Shown: positions 55,822-64,000 of the stretch, one piece after another
How the letters are laid out: the number at the start of each line of letters is the position of its first letter
How positions within the stretch are numbered: position 1 is the stretch's first letter
Assembly (NCBI GenBank): GCA_035342635.1
Contig: DAOQXO010000001.1
Location: 18,751 to 82,750 of the forward strand
Direction of reading: 5' to 3'
Length of the DNA stretch: 64,000 nucleotides
DNA from: Steroidobacteraceae bacterium
GTDB taxonomy: Bacteria > Pseudomonadota > Gammaproteobacteria > Steroidobacterales > Steroidobacteraceae
Translations under genes and position numbers: made by a program
The notes under the pieces: model-generated
What the model was told of the DNA's origin: nothing
Databases searched by the model: none
The model's input: only the letters and a program-made list of their open reading frames with translations

Positions 55822-55919
55822 ATGGCGCTACCCGGGGGGAAATGGCCGCGAATTGTGGGGTCTGGGTGTCGGGAAGTACAGGGGCGCGCCGCCTGCGGCG
55901 GCCCTATAATCGCCCCCAC

Positions 55920-56126
55920 ATGGAGCTCATCCAGATCTTCGTCGTGGTCGTGCTGATCGCGATCGTCGCAAGCCTCGGCAGCGCACTGTTCCACCTGTCA
56001 TCGCCCGGTCGCGACCCGAAGAAGATGGTGCGTGCGCTGACCTGGCGCATTGCGTTGTCGGTCTCGCTTTTCCTGCTGCTGATGCTCGCCTGGCAGCTGG
56101 GGTACATTACGCCGCACGGGCTCTAG
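55920..56126 (+). CDS. Twin-TM small protein (DUF2909), cox-cluster associated
   Basis: ATG 55920. The 68-aa product MELIQIFVVVVLIAIVASLGSALFHL...MVRALTWRIALSVSLFLLLMLAW has two TM helices with the conserved RALTxR motif. Confidence 0.75.
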   Translation: MELIQIFVVVVLIAIVASLGSALFHLSSPGRDPKKMVRALTWRIALSVSLFLLLMLAWQLGYITPHGL

Positions 56127-56138
56127 CGCGGCACCGTC

Positions 56139-57041
56139 TCAGCTGCGGATCGTCGTGCCCGCGCGCCCCGCGAGGATGCCGGCGACATCGTCGAGCGAAC
56201 CGACGCAGGCACGCCGGCCAGGCCCGCTCGTCGCAAAGCGCCGCGCCGCCTCGACCTTCGGTCCCATGGAACCTGCCGGGAACGTGTATTGCGCCAGTTC
56301 TCCGGGCGTCGCGGCGCGCAGCTCGCGTGCCTGTGGCGTGCCCCAGTCGATGAACACCGCGGGCACGTCAGTCAGCATCAGCAGGCAGTCGGCGTGCAAC
56401 CGCTCGGCGAGCAGCTCCGACGTCAGGTCCTTGTCGATCACGCACTCGATGCCCTCGTAGGATCCCGCGGCCGAGCGCCCCACGGGAATCCCGCCGCCGC
56501 CTGCGCAGATCACGACATAGCCGGCGCCGAGCAGCAGCTCGATGGCGCCCAGTTCGAGTATGTCCACCGGTTCGGGCGAGGGCACGACGCGGCGCCAGTG
56601 CCCGCCATCCGGCGCAATACGCCAGCCGCGCTCCGCGGCGAGGCGCTGCGCTTCGGTCGCCGCATACACCGGACCGATGAACTTGGTCGGCCGCTCGAAC
56701 GCGCGATCGGCCGGATCGACTTCGGTCTGCGTGAGCAGTGTGGCGGCGCGCCGTTCGCCGAGCTCGTTCATCAGCTCCTGCTCGAGCACGTAGCCGATCA
56801 TGCCCTCGGTCTGCGCGCCGAGGACGTCGAGCGGATAGGAAGCATCGCCGGCCGCGGCCGACTGCAGCGCAAGCAGGCCGACCTGCGGACCATTGCCGTG
56901 GGTCACGACCAGCTCATTGCCCGCGGCGACCGTGGCAATCGACGCCGCGGCGCGCTGCGCATTGCGCCGTTGCGTCGGGACATCGAGCGGTTCGCCGCGC
57001 TTCAGGAGCGCATTGCCGCCGAGTGCGATGACGATGCGCAC
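56139..57041 (-). CDS. arcC: Carbamate kinase
   Basis: GTG start. Motifs RIVIALGGNALLKRGE and VVTHGNGPQVG. 300 aa. Confidence 0.92.
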   Translation of the reverse strand: MRIVIALGGNALLKRGEPLDVPTQRRNAQRAAASIATVAAGNELVVTHGNGPQVGLLALQSAAAGDASYPLDVLGAQTEGMIGYVLEQELMNELGERRAATLLTQTEVDPADRAFERPTKFIGPVYAATEAQRLAAERGWRIAPDGGHWRRVVPSPEPVDILELGAIELLLGAGYVVICAGGGGIPVGRSAAGSYEGIECVIDKDLTSELLAERLHADCLLMLTDVPAVFIDWGTPQARELRAATPGELAQYTFPAGSMGPKVEAARRFATSGPGRRACVGSLDDVAGILAGRAGTTIRS

Positions 57042-57044
57042 GCG

Positions 57045-58151
57045 TCAGGCGCGCGTGCGCGCGGCGGGCTGCTGCTGCGTGATGCAGTGGATGTTGCCGC
57101 CGCCGAGCAGGATTTCTCGCGCGGGCACTCCGACCACGCGCCGGTCGGGGTACAGCCTGGCGAGCAGATCGAGCGCCGCCTGGTCGTGCGGGTCGCCGAA
57201 GGTCGGCACGACGACGCCGCCATTGCAGACGTAGTAGTTGACGTAGGAGGCCGAGAGGCGATCGCCGGCCTTGCGCGGCAGGGTTCCGCGCACGCTGTCG
57301 ACACCCGCTGCCTCCTCGCGCGAAATCAGCACCGGGTCGGGTATGTGGATGCGCACCACTTCGAGCTTGCGGCCGCGCGCATCGGTGGCCGCGGACAGGC
57401 GCTGGTAGGCATCCTGCGAGATCTCGTACTGCGGGTCGCTCCTGTCGTCGGTCCACGCGAGCGCCACGACGCCCGGCCGGACCGGCGCGCAGATGTTGTC
57501 GATGTGGCCGCTCGTCTCGTCGTTGAAGATGCCCCGGTCGATCCACACGACCTTCGCCACGTCCAGGTAGTCGCCGAGCAGGCGCTCGATCTCGGCCTTG
57601 GAGAGCCCCGGGTTGCGATTGGGGTTCAGCAGGCATTCCTCGGTCGTGAACAGCGTGCCGTCTCCGTCCACGTGGATGGAGCCGCCTTCCATGACGAGCG
57701 GGGCGTCGTACCGATCGATGCCCTCGATCTCGAGCATCTTCACCGGCACGAGGTCGTCGAGGTCCCAGGGGAAGTACAGCCCGCCGGCGAGCCCGCCCCA
57801 GGCATTGAACTGCCAGTCGATGCCGCGCACCTGGCCCTGTCCGTTCACGACGAAGGTGGGTCCGCAGTCACGCATCCACGAGTCGTTGTTCGATATTTCG
57901 ACGACCCGCACCTGCGACGGCAGGCTGGCGCGCGCGTTGTCGAACTGGCGCTGGTTGACGCCCATCGTCACCGGTTCGAACTGCGCGATCGCGCTGGCGA
58001 CGGCGACGAAGGCGTGCTGCGCGGGCTTGGCGCCGTTGCGCCAGTTGTCCGGTCGCTCGGGCCAGAGCATCCAGGTGCCGGCATGCGGCTCGTGCTCGCC
58101 GGGCATGCGAAAGCCGTCGCGCCGTGGCGTGGACTCGATGACGCGCGTCAC
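57045..58151 (-). CDS. aguA: Agmatine deiminase
   Basis: GTG 58151 ([38 protein letters not shown] aligns with AguA N-termini). Motifs [11 protein letters not shown] and ETSGHIDN, plus the C-terminal nucleophile [13 protein letters not shown]. Confidence 0.92.
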   Translation of the reverse strand: MTRVIESTPRRDGFRMPGEHEPHAGTWMLWPERPDNWRNGAKPAQHAFVAVASAIAQFEPVTMGVNQRQFDNARASLPSQVRVVEISNNDSWMRDCGPTFVVNGQGQVRGIDWQFNAWGGLAGGLYFPWDLDDLVPVKMLEIEGIDRYDAPLVMEGGSIHVDGDGTLFTTEECLLNPNRNPGLSKAEIERLLGDYLDVAKVVWIDRGIFNDETSGHIDNICAPVRPGVVALAWTDDRSDPQYEISQDAYQRLSAATDARGRKLEVVRIHIPDPVLISREEAAGVDSVRGTLPRKAGDRLSASYVNYYVCNGGVVVPTFGDPHDQAALDLLARLYPDRRVVGVPAREILLGGGNIHCITQQQPAARTRA

Positions 58152-59560
58152 GACCCGGTCGCTCCGCCGCGGGGCGGGGCAGCGCGCTGCGCGCGGGAGA
58201 TGAGCACATCGCCGACGATCCAGGTGACGATGACCCCGACCACCAGCAGCACCGCCTGCGACGTGTCGAGCGGCTCGCCCGGCACCCAGACGAACAGCAC
58301 GATCGCCTGCAGGATGAACAGGATGCACACGGTCGCGGCGAGCTTGGCCGCCATGTTGCCGCCCGGCATGCGATAGGGCCGGGCATGCGAGGCCTCGGTG
58401 ACCCGCAGCCTGGCGAACGCGGCGAACATCAGGATGTAAGGCATCAGGAACACGATCGAGCTGAATGCGAACAGCGACCAGAACAGGTCTTCGGCGGTGG
58501 CGGCGAACAGGCCATAGATGATGATCACGACGGTCGACACGACGCCGGTGATGATCGCGGCGCTCGCAGGCGTGCGATGTATCGGGTGCAGCTTGCCGAA
58601 CACGCGCGGCAGGTCGCCTCGCTCGGCCGCCTCGCTTGCCGAGCGGTTCGCGCCCATCGTCCAGGTCACCATGTTGGCGATGAAGGTGGCGAGTGCGCCG
58701 ATGCCGAGCACGGTCACGAAGGCAGGGCCCCAGCTGTACTCGCCGAACAGCTTGTGCAGCGAGTCGAGCAGGCCTTCGATCAGGCCGATCTCGTCCACCG
58801 GCAGTGCGATCAGGATGCCGACTGTCCCGAGCAGGTAGAACGTGGAGATCAGCAGCCCCGCGATTCCGATCGCGATCGGCACGTCGCGTTGCGGGCTCTT
58901 CATCTCCTCGCTGGCGCCGGACATCAGCTCGAAACCGAGGAAGTTGTAGACGATGACCGGCAGGAACGCGAGTCCGGCGCCCCAGCTGGGCGCCATCGCG
59001 CGCAGCGACATGTCGTTGGCGACGCCGTGGCGCGTTGCATAGACGATGCCGCCGACGCCGATCGTGACCATGATCGCGGCCTTGATGACGGCGCCGCCGT
59101 TCGGTACCCACTTGCCGACAGCGAGCGAGATCACGTTGATGTATACGGTGACCCAGGTCAGCACGATGCCGATCGCGATCTGTGCCCACAGCGACAGGTC
59201 CGGCGCGAACATCTGCGCGAAGATACCGGCGAACAGCACGTACACCGAGGGCATCCACAGCGCGACGTTGATCCAGTAGAACCACGAGGTGCGTGCACCC
59301 CAGCGCGGGCCATAGGCGCGGCGCACCCAGGCATAGATGCCGCCTTCCTCCGGATAGGTCGCGCCGAGTTCGGCCGAGATCAGCGCGTAGGGCACAAAGA
59401 AGAAGACGAGGGTGAACACCCACCAGAAGATGCTGGAGGCGCCGATCGAGGCCGATGCGGCCAGCTGATCGATCACGAGGATCGCGCAGACGGTGAACAG
59501 GGTCACGTCGAGCCTGCGCAGAACTCGATGGAATCCGCGGCCCGTGCTTGGTGCTGTCAA
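58148..59560 (-). CDS. APC-family amino acid/polyamine permease (probable agmatine:putrescine antiporter)
   Basis: TTG 59560 is preceded by AGGGGAA. The ~470-aa, 12-13 TM protein carries [16 protein letters not shown], typical of the APC superfamily. GTGA overlap with aguA. The upstream Arg-rich 216 codons of ORF 58148..60208 are rejected. Confidence 0.8.
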   Translation of the reverse strand: MTAPSTGRGFHRVLRRLDVTLFTVCAILVIDQLAASASIGASSIFWWVFTLVFFFVPYALISAELGATYPEEGGIYAWVRRAYGPRWGARTSWFYWINVALWMPSVYVLFAGIFAQMFAPDLSLWAQIAIGIVLTWVTVYINVISLAVGKWVPNGGAVIKAAIMVTIGVGGIVYATRHGVANDMSLRAMAPSWGAGLAFLPVIVYNFLGFELMSGASEEMKSPQRDVPIAIGIAGLLISTFYLLGTVGILIALPVDEIGLIEGLLDSLHKLFGEYSWGPAFVTVLGIGALATFIANMVTWTMGANRSASEAAERGDLPRVFGKLHPIHRTPASAAIITGVVSTVVIIIYGLFAATAEDLFWSLFAFSSIVFLMPYILMFAAFARLRVTEASHARPYRMPGGNMAAKLAATVCILFILQAIVLFVWVPGEPLDTSQAVLLVVGVIVTWIVGDVLISRAQRAAPPRGGATGS

Positions 59561-59571
59561 GATGGTTTCCC

Positions 59572-60618
59572 CTATCTCTTGGGTAGGCCCGGCACATGCG
59601 CCTCGAGGCGGCGATCGAGGAAATGCTCGATCCGGCCTGCGTGGTAGGCGCGAAGTTCGGGGCTGGGGCGCTTGAGGTGCGGGTAGACGAACCACACCAG
59701 CAGGCCCTTCTCGGTATGCAGGCGATTCTCGGACTGGTCGAAAATGATCGATTGCGGCGAGTCGAGCACTTCGTCGGTCGCTTCGACGCCGCGCGAGGCG
59801 GGCAGGCAGTGCATCACGCGACAGTGCGCCGGCGCCTTGGCGAGCAGTGCCTTGTTGAGCTGGTAGCGCGGCATGAACGCCCTGGTGCGGTCGGGAATCT
59901 CCGCTTCCTGCCCCACCCACCACCAGAGATCCGTGTAGACGAAGTCCGCATGGGCGACGGCCGCGACCGGGTCGTCGGTGAGCCGCAAGGTGCCGCCCGA
60001 GACCGCACAATTGGCCGTCGCGATCGCGCGCACCTTCTCCGCTATCTGGTAGCGGGCGGGCGCCGCGTGCGTGAAGTGCATGCCCATCTGGGTGCAGATC
60101 GCCGCGAGCGAATTGCAGACGTTGGTTGCATCGCCGATGAACGTGACCTGCAGCTCCTCGAGCCGTTTGCCAGGCGGCAGGTACTCGCTCATCGTGAAGA
60201 CGTCGCACAGCACCTGGGTCGGGTGGTTGTAGTCGGTCAGGCCGTTCAGCACCGGCACGTCGGCCTTGGCGGCGAGCCCGACGACGGTTTCGTGCTTGAG
60301 GGTGCGCGCCTCGATCACGTCGACCATGCGTTCGAGCACGTCCGCCGTGTCGTTGAGCGATTCGCGCGCGCCGAGGTGGATCTCGCCGGGTCTCAGGTAC
60401 AGCGCGTGTCCGCCGAGGCGCGTCATCGCGACTTCGAACGAGACGCGCGTGCGGGTGGAGGGTTCCTCGAACAGCATGCCGAGCGAGGCGCCCTTCAGCA
60501 GCGGCGGGCAGGCGCCTGCCTTGTCGGCCTCCTTGAGCGAGGCGATCAGTTCCATGATCGTCAGCAGCTCCGCCTTGTCGAAGTCCTGAGTGTCGACGAA
60601 ATGGCGTACAGGCTTCAT
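59572..60618 (-). CDS. ptcA: Putrescine carbamoyltransferase (OTC-family transcarbamylase)
   Basis: ATG 60618 ([13 protein letters not shown]). Carbamoyl-phosphate motifs STRTR and HPTQ, plus HCLP. The ornithine-binding DxxxSMG loop is replaced by [10 protein letters not shown], which resembles the YTDVWYGLY loop I recall for enterococcal PTCase. A C-terminal extension is present. Confidence 0.8.
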   Translation of the reverse strand: MKPVRHFVDTQDFDKAELLTIMELIASLKEADKAGACPPLLKGASLGMLFEEPSTRTRVSFEVAMTRLGGHALYLRPGEIHLGARESLNDTADVLERMVDVIEARTLKHETVVGLAAKADVPVLNGLTDYNHPTQVLCDVFTMSEYLPPGKRLEELQVTFIGDATNVCNSLAAICTQMGMHFTHAAPARYQIAEKVRAIATANCAVSGGTLRLTDDPVAAVAHADFVYTDLWWWVGQEAEIPDRTRAFMPRYQLNKALLAKAPAHCRVMHCLPASRGVEATDEVLDSPQSIIFDQSENRLHTEKGLLVWFVYPHLKRPSPELRAYHAGRIEHFLDRRLEAHVPGLPKR

Positions 60619-60694
60619 GCTGGCAAGCTTAAGATCAAGTTCCCCGCAGCGCCATCCTGGGTCTTGCCGGGCCGCCCGCTGCGCCGAAGTGCCT

Positions 60695-61612
60695 ATGGAG
60701 CGCCTGATGCACAAGATACTGGTGGTGGTTGATCCCACCGCGAGCCGCTGGCCGAGCGTGGAGAAGGCGGCGCGCATCGCGCGCGGCGTCGGCGCTGCGC
60801 TCGAACTGTATGTGTGCGACGTGGACCAGGACGTGCCCGAAGGTCGGAGCGACGCGTCGGGCATCGCGGACCATCGCGCGCGACTCAGGGCGCGTCGCCT
60901 CGAGACCCTCGAGCGCCTCGCGGTACCGCTACGGGAGGCCGGCCTCACGGTCACGACCGCCGCCGAGTGGCATGCGCCGCTCGAAGAGGGCATCGGTCAT
61001 CACGTCATCCGTACGGCGCCCGATCTCGTCGTCAAGGACACGCACTGGCGCGCCGCCGTGCCGCGGGCAATGCTCACGCGTACCGACACGAACCTGATTC
61101 GGCAGATTCCCGCCCCCTTATTGCTCGTGCGCGAGACGGAATGGCCTCGGCGGCCGCTGGTCGCAGTCGCCGTAGATCCCTGCCATCCCGCCGACTACCC
61201 CCCGGCGCTCGACCAGGCGATGGCGGGAATCGGTCGCCGGCTCGGCGATGCCCTCGATGGCCATGTGGAACTGCTGCACGTGTTGCAGGACCCGCCGCAC
61301 CTGCCGGGTGACAAGGTCGGGGTGCTCGAGCGGGCGCAGGCGCACGCGAAGGCGCGGGCGGCCGTGGAGCGGCTCGCCGGAGATTCAGGGCTCGCGGTGC
61401 ACTACACGGAAGGCCGCGGCCTCGACGGGCTCGTCAGCCTGGCAGCGAGGCGCGAGCCGACGGTGCTCGTCATGGGGGTGGCGTCGCGGCCCCGCTGGCA
61501 GCATTCGGCCGGCGGCGGGACGGCGGCCACGGTGCTCGAACGCGCGGAATGCGACCTGCTGGCCGTCAAGCCGCCCGGCTTCGTCAGCCCGCTGCTCGTC
61601 ACGGATGACTGA
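60695..61612 (+). CDS. Tandem universal stress protein (two UspA domains)
   Basis: MHKILVVVDP... is followed by a second repeat, PLVAVAVDPCH..., and a C-terminal GGTAATVLERAECDLLAVKP ATP-binding-type motif. The start is at 60695 or 60707. Confidence 0.85.
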   Translation: MERLMHKILVVVDPTASRWPSVEKAARIARGVGAALELYVCDVDQDVPEGRSDASGIADHRARLRARRLETLERLAVPLREAGLTVTTAAEWHAPLEEGIGHHVIRTAPDLVVKDTHWRAAVPRAMLTRTDTNLIRQIPAPLLLVRETEWPRRPLVAVAVDPCHPADYPPALDQAMAGIGRRLGDALDGHVELLHVLQDPPHLPGDKVGVLERAQAHAKARAAVERLAGDSGLAVHYTEGRGLDGLVSLAARREPTVLVMGVASRPRWQHSAGGGTAATVLERAECDLLAVKPPGFVSPLLVTDD

Positions 61613-61622
61613 TCTCGCGCGA

Positions 61623-62510
61623 TCAGATCCAGTAGACGAAGATGAACAGCCCGAGCCAGACCACGTCGACGAAGTGCCAGTACCAGGCCACCCCTTCGAA
61701 GGCGAAGTGGCTCTTCGGCGTGAAGTGACCCTTCATGACGCGCAGCCAGATGATCAGCAGCATGATCGCACCGATCGTCACGTGCGCGCCGTGGAACCCG
61801 GTCAGCATGAAGAAGGTCGAGCCGTAGATGCCGGTCGAGAGCCTGAGGCCGAGCTCCTGGTAGGCGTGGATATATTCCTCGGCCTGCAGGCCGACGAACA
61901 GGAAGCCGAGCAGGAAGGTCGCGGCGAGGAAGATCTTCAGCTGCGTGCGCTTGCCCGCCTGCAGCGCGTGATGCGCGATCGTGATCGTGATGCCCGAGGT
62001 CAGCAGGATCGCGGTGTTGATCGCCGGCAGGCCGAACGCCGGGATGATCTGGAACGAGCCGTCTTCGTGGCCACCGACGCGCGCCGGGCCGTTGGTCGGC
62101 CAGGCCGGATCGAAGTCCTGGTACAGCAGCAGCTTGTTGAACACCTTGACGCCCTCGCCGCCGATCCACGGTATCGCGAGCGAACGCGCGTAGAACAGCG
62201 CGCCGAAGAACGCGGCGAAAAACATCACCTCGGAGAAGATGAACCACATCATTCCCATGCGGAACGAGCGGTCGACCTGCGCGTTGTAGGCGCCACTCTG
62301 GCTCTCGCCGATCACGTCGTGGAACCAGCCGAAGAACATGTAGGCGAGCAGCAGCGCGCCGGGGATGAAGATCCAGTTGCCGAACCACTCGTTCAGGTAC
62401 GCGACCGCCCCGAACATCATGACGAACAGCGCTGCCGAGGCGGTGATCGGCCACCGGCTGCCGTGGGGGACGAAGTATTTGTCGGCGGTATGCGCTGATG
62501 GAGTTGCCAT
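61623..62510 (-). CDS. ctaE: Cytochrome c oxidase subunit III
   Basis: 295 aa, 7 TM helices. Motifs GFHGAHVTIG and AWYWHFVDVVWL. Confidence 0.95.
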   Translation of the reverse strand: MATPSAHTADKYFVPHGSRWPITASAALFVMMFGAVAYLNEWFGNWIFIPGALLLAYMFFGWFHDVIGESQSGAYNAQVDRSFRMGMMWFIFSEVMFFAAFFGALFYARSLAIPWIGGEGVKVFNKLLLYQDFDPAWPTNGPARVGGHEDGSFQIIPAFGLPAINTAILLTSGITITIAHHALQAGKRTQLKIFLAATFLLGFLFVGLQAEEYIHAYQELGLRLSTGIYGSTFFMLTGFHGAHVTIGAIMLLIIWLRVMKGHFTPKSHFAFEGVAWYWHFVDVVWLGLFIFVYWI

Positions 62511-62512
62511 GG

Positions 62513-63070
62513 TTATTTGAGCCCTACGCGAATCGATTGATCGTAGATGGTGTAGGCGAGCGTGACGCGATCGAGATGCTGGGGCAGCGCCCGATCGACG
62601 ATGAAGCGCACCGGCATGCTGCGCTGCTCATCCTTGGAGAACTGCTGCGGCGTGAAGCAGAAGCACTCGGTCTTGTGGAAGTAGCCCGCGGCATTGCGCG
62701 GCGCGAGGTTCGGCACCGCCTGCATCGTGGTGTCGTTGCCAGTGAGGTTCTTCGCGACGAAGGAGGTCTCGTAGAGCTTGCCGGGATGCACCTTCATCGA
62801 GGTGACGGCCGGCGTGAACTCCCAGCTGCCGACGTTCGGCAGTTCGGCGATGAACTCCACGGTGACGGTGCGGCTCTCGTCAGCCGCCTGCGGCGCGACG
62901 TCGGACGCGCGCGCCAGGTTCTTCTCGTTGCCGAAGCCGGTGATCGTGCACATCACGTCATAGAGCGGCACGAGCGCGAAGCCGAACGCGAAGCTGCCCA
63001 GGGTCATCAGCGCGAGCCGGGCGGTGAGCCGGGCGTTGTCGCGCGCGCGCTGCCCGGCGGCGTCGCTCAC
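62513..63070 (-). CDS. ctaG: Cytochrome c oxidase assembly protein CtaG/Cox11
   Basis: GTG start overlaps the upstream small ORF stop. N-terminal TM, then [11 protein letters not shown] and the CFCF copper motif ([10 protein letters not shown]). Confidence 0.93.
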   Translation of the reverse strand: MSDAAGQRARDNARLTARLALMTLGSFAFGFALVPLYDVMCTITGFGNEKNLARASDVAPQAADESRTVTVEFIAELPNVGSWEFTPAVTSMKVHPGKLYETSFVAKNLTGNDTTMQAVPNLAPRNAAGYFHKTECFCFTPQQFSKDEQRSMPVRFIVDRALPQHLDRVTLAYTIYDQSIRVGLK

Positions 63071-63204
63071 GGCATGCCCCGTGCGATCGACATCACGATG
63101 AAGCCGACATAGACCGCGAACGCGACCAGGCCCAGCACTATCGCGCTGCGCTTCACGCGGCGCCTGGTCTCATCCGCCGCGCCGTAGTCGAGCTCGCGGC
63201 TCAA
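63067..63204 (-). CDS. Possible cytochrome oxidase small assembly protein (single TM, ~45 aa)
   Basis: TTG at 63204 overlaps the ctaD stop (ATTGA). The product ...[32 protein letters not shown] has one TM helix. A tiny ORF at this position between ctaD and ctaG is common in such clusters. Start codon uncertain. Confidence 0.4.
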   Translation of the reverse strand: MSRELDYGAADETRRRVKRSAIVLGLVAFAVYVGFIVMSIARGMP

Positions 63205-64000
63205 TGCTCGGCCCCGCGCGCGATCACGGCGGCCGACGGCGGCGTCTCCCAGCTGTGGAACGGCGCCGGCGAGGGCAGCTCCCACTCGAGGCCGCGAGCG
63301 CCGTCCCAAACGCGGTCCGTGGCCTTCTCGCCCGAACGCACGCACTTGATGATGATGTACGGCAGCAGCAGCTGCGAGAGGCCGAAGCCGAACGCGCCGA
63401 TCGAGGAAACCATGTTCCAGTCGGCGAACTGCGTCGCATAGTCGGGGATACGCCGCGGCATGCCGGCGAGCCCGAGGAAGTGCTGCGGGAAGAACAGCAC
63501 GTTCACGAAGATGGCCGACAGCCAGAAGTGGATCTTGGCGAGCTTCATGTCGTACATCCTGCCCACCCACTTCGGCAGCCAGTAGTACACCGCACCCATG
63601 ATCGCGAACAGCGAGCCGGGCACCAGCACGTAGTGGAAGTGCGCGACTACGAAGTAGGTGTCGTGGTACTGGAAGTCGGCCGGCACGATCGCGAGCATCA
63701 GGCCCGAAAATCCGCCGATCGTGAACAGGAACAGGAACGCGATCGCGAACAGCATCGGCGGCTCGAAAGTGAGCGAGCCGCGGGTCATCGTCGCGCACCA
63801 GTTGAACACCTTCACGCCGGTGGGCACCGAGATCAGCATGGTCGCGAGCATGAAGAACAGCTGGCCGGCGAGCGGCATGCCGACCGTGAACATATGGTGC
63901 GCCCACACGATGAACGACAGGAAGCCGATCGCCGCGGTCGCGTACACCATCGACTCGTAGCCGAACAGCGGCTTGCGCGAGAAGGCAGGGATGATCTCCG
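63201..64000 (-). CDS. ctaD: Cytochrome c oxidase subunit I, C-terminal part (5' end outside the window)
   Basis: The frame stays open to the window edge (EIIPAFSRKPLFGYESMVYATAAIGFLSFIVWAHHMF...). Motifs VWAHHMF, FHDTYFVVAHFHYV and GMPRRI. Confidence 0.96.
   Translation of the reverse strand, partial: EIIPAFSRKPLFGYESMVYATAAIGFLSFIVWAHHMFTVGMPLAGQLFFMLATMLISVPTGVKVFNWCATMTRGSLTFEPPMLFAIAFLFLFTIGGFSGLMLAIVPADFQYHDTYFVVAHFHYVLVPGSLFAIMGAVYYWLPKWVGRMYDMKLAKIHFWLSAIFVNVLFFPQHFLGLAGMPRRIPDYATQFADWNMVSSIGAFGFGLSQLLLPYIIIKCVRSGEKATDRVWDGARGLEWELPSPAPFHSWETPPSAAVIARGAEH

Overview
Very GC-rich bacterial chromosomal segment with strong third-position G/C bias (percentage not computed). RND efflux, a PEP-CTERM protein and an aa3-type cytochrome c oxidase biogenesis cluster suggest an aerobic Gram-negative proteobacterium. 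I call about 55 tightly packed protein genes, many joined by 4-nt ATGA/GTGA overlaps. I saw no rRNA, tRNA, CRISPR array, transposase or integrase. Most of the window is housekeeping: IorB-like molybdoenzyme subunit, mnmE, Zn-ADH, recQ, RND pump with a YgaV-like regulator, ada, dacB, gltS, ABC-2 exporter, mnmG, OsmC, SPFH/NfeD, trkHA, uvrD, GST/gloB and ctaD-ctaG-ctaE...SURF1-ctaA-ctaB. The most interesting region is a compact minus-strand three-gene operon at 33514..39102. It encodes (A) a 1113-aa protein with a DUF4062/TIR-like N-terminus, a STAND-type P-loop NTPase, one TM helix and TPR repeats; (B) a 567-aa protein with a SLOG-like (DprA/LOG-type) Rossmann domain fused to two tandem SLATT/DUF4231-like 2-TM modules; and (C) a 169-aa 3-TM protein. 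This looks like a nucleotide-signal-dependent conflict/defence or signalling system that matches no named system I recognise. The operon is bracketed by two secreted proteins that share an atypical kinase-like domain (one is fused to a PPP-type phosphatase). Nearby are a PEP-CTERM protein and an ATP/ADP-translocase-like MFS transporter with a C-terminal cadherin/Ig-like domain. Other notable points are a complete fermentative-type agmatine deiminase pathway cluster plus a tandem USP inserted into the cytochrome oxidase locus, a catalytic-Cys-less orphan CheD-like protein, and a small ORF whose Shine-Dalgarno sequence is sequestered in a hairpin. All domain calls come from motif reading by eye, without database searches.
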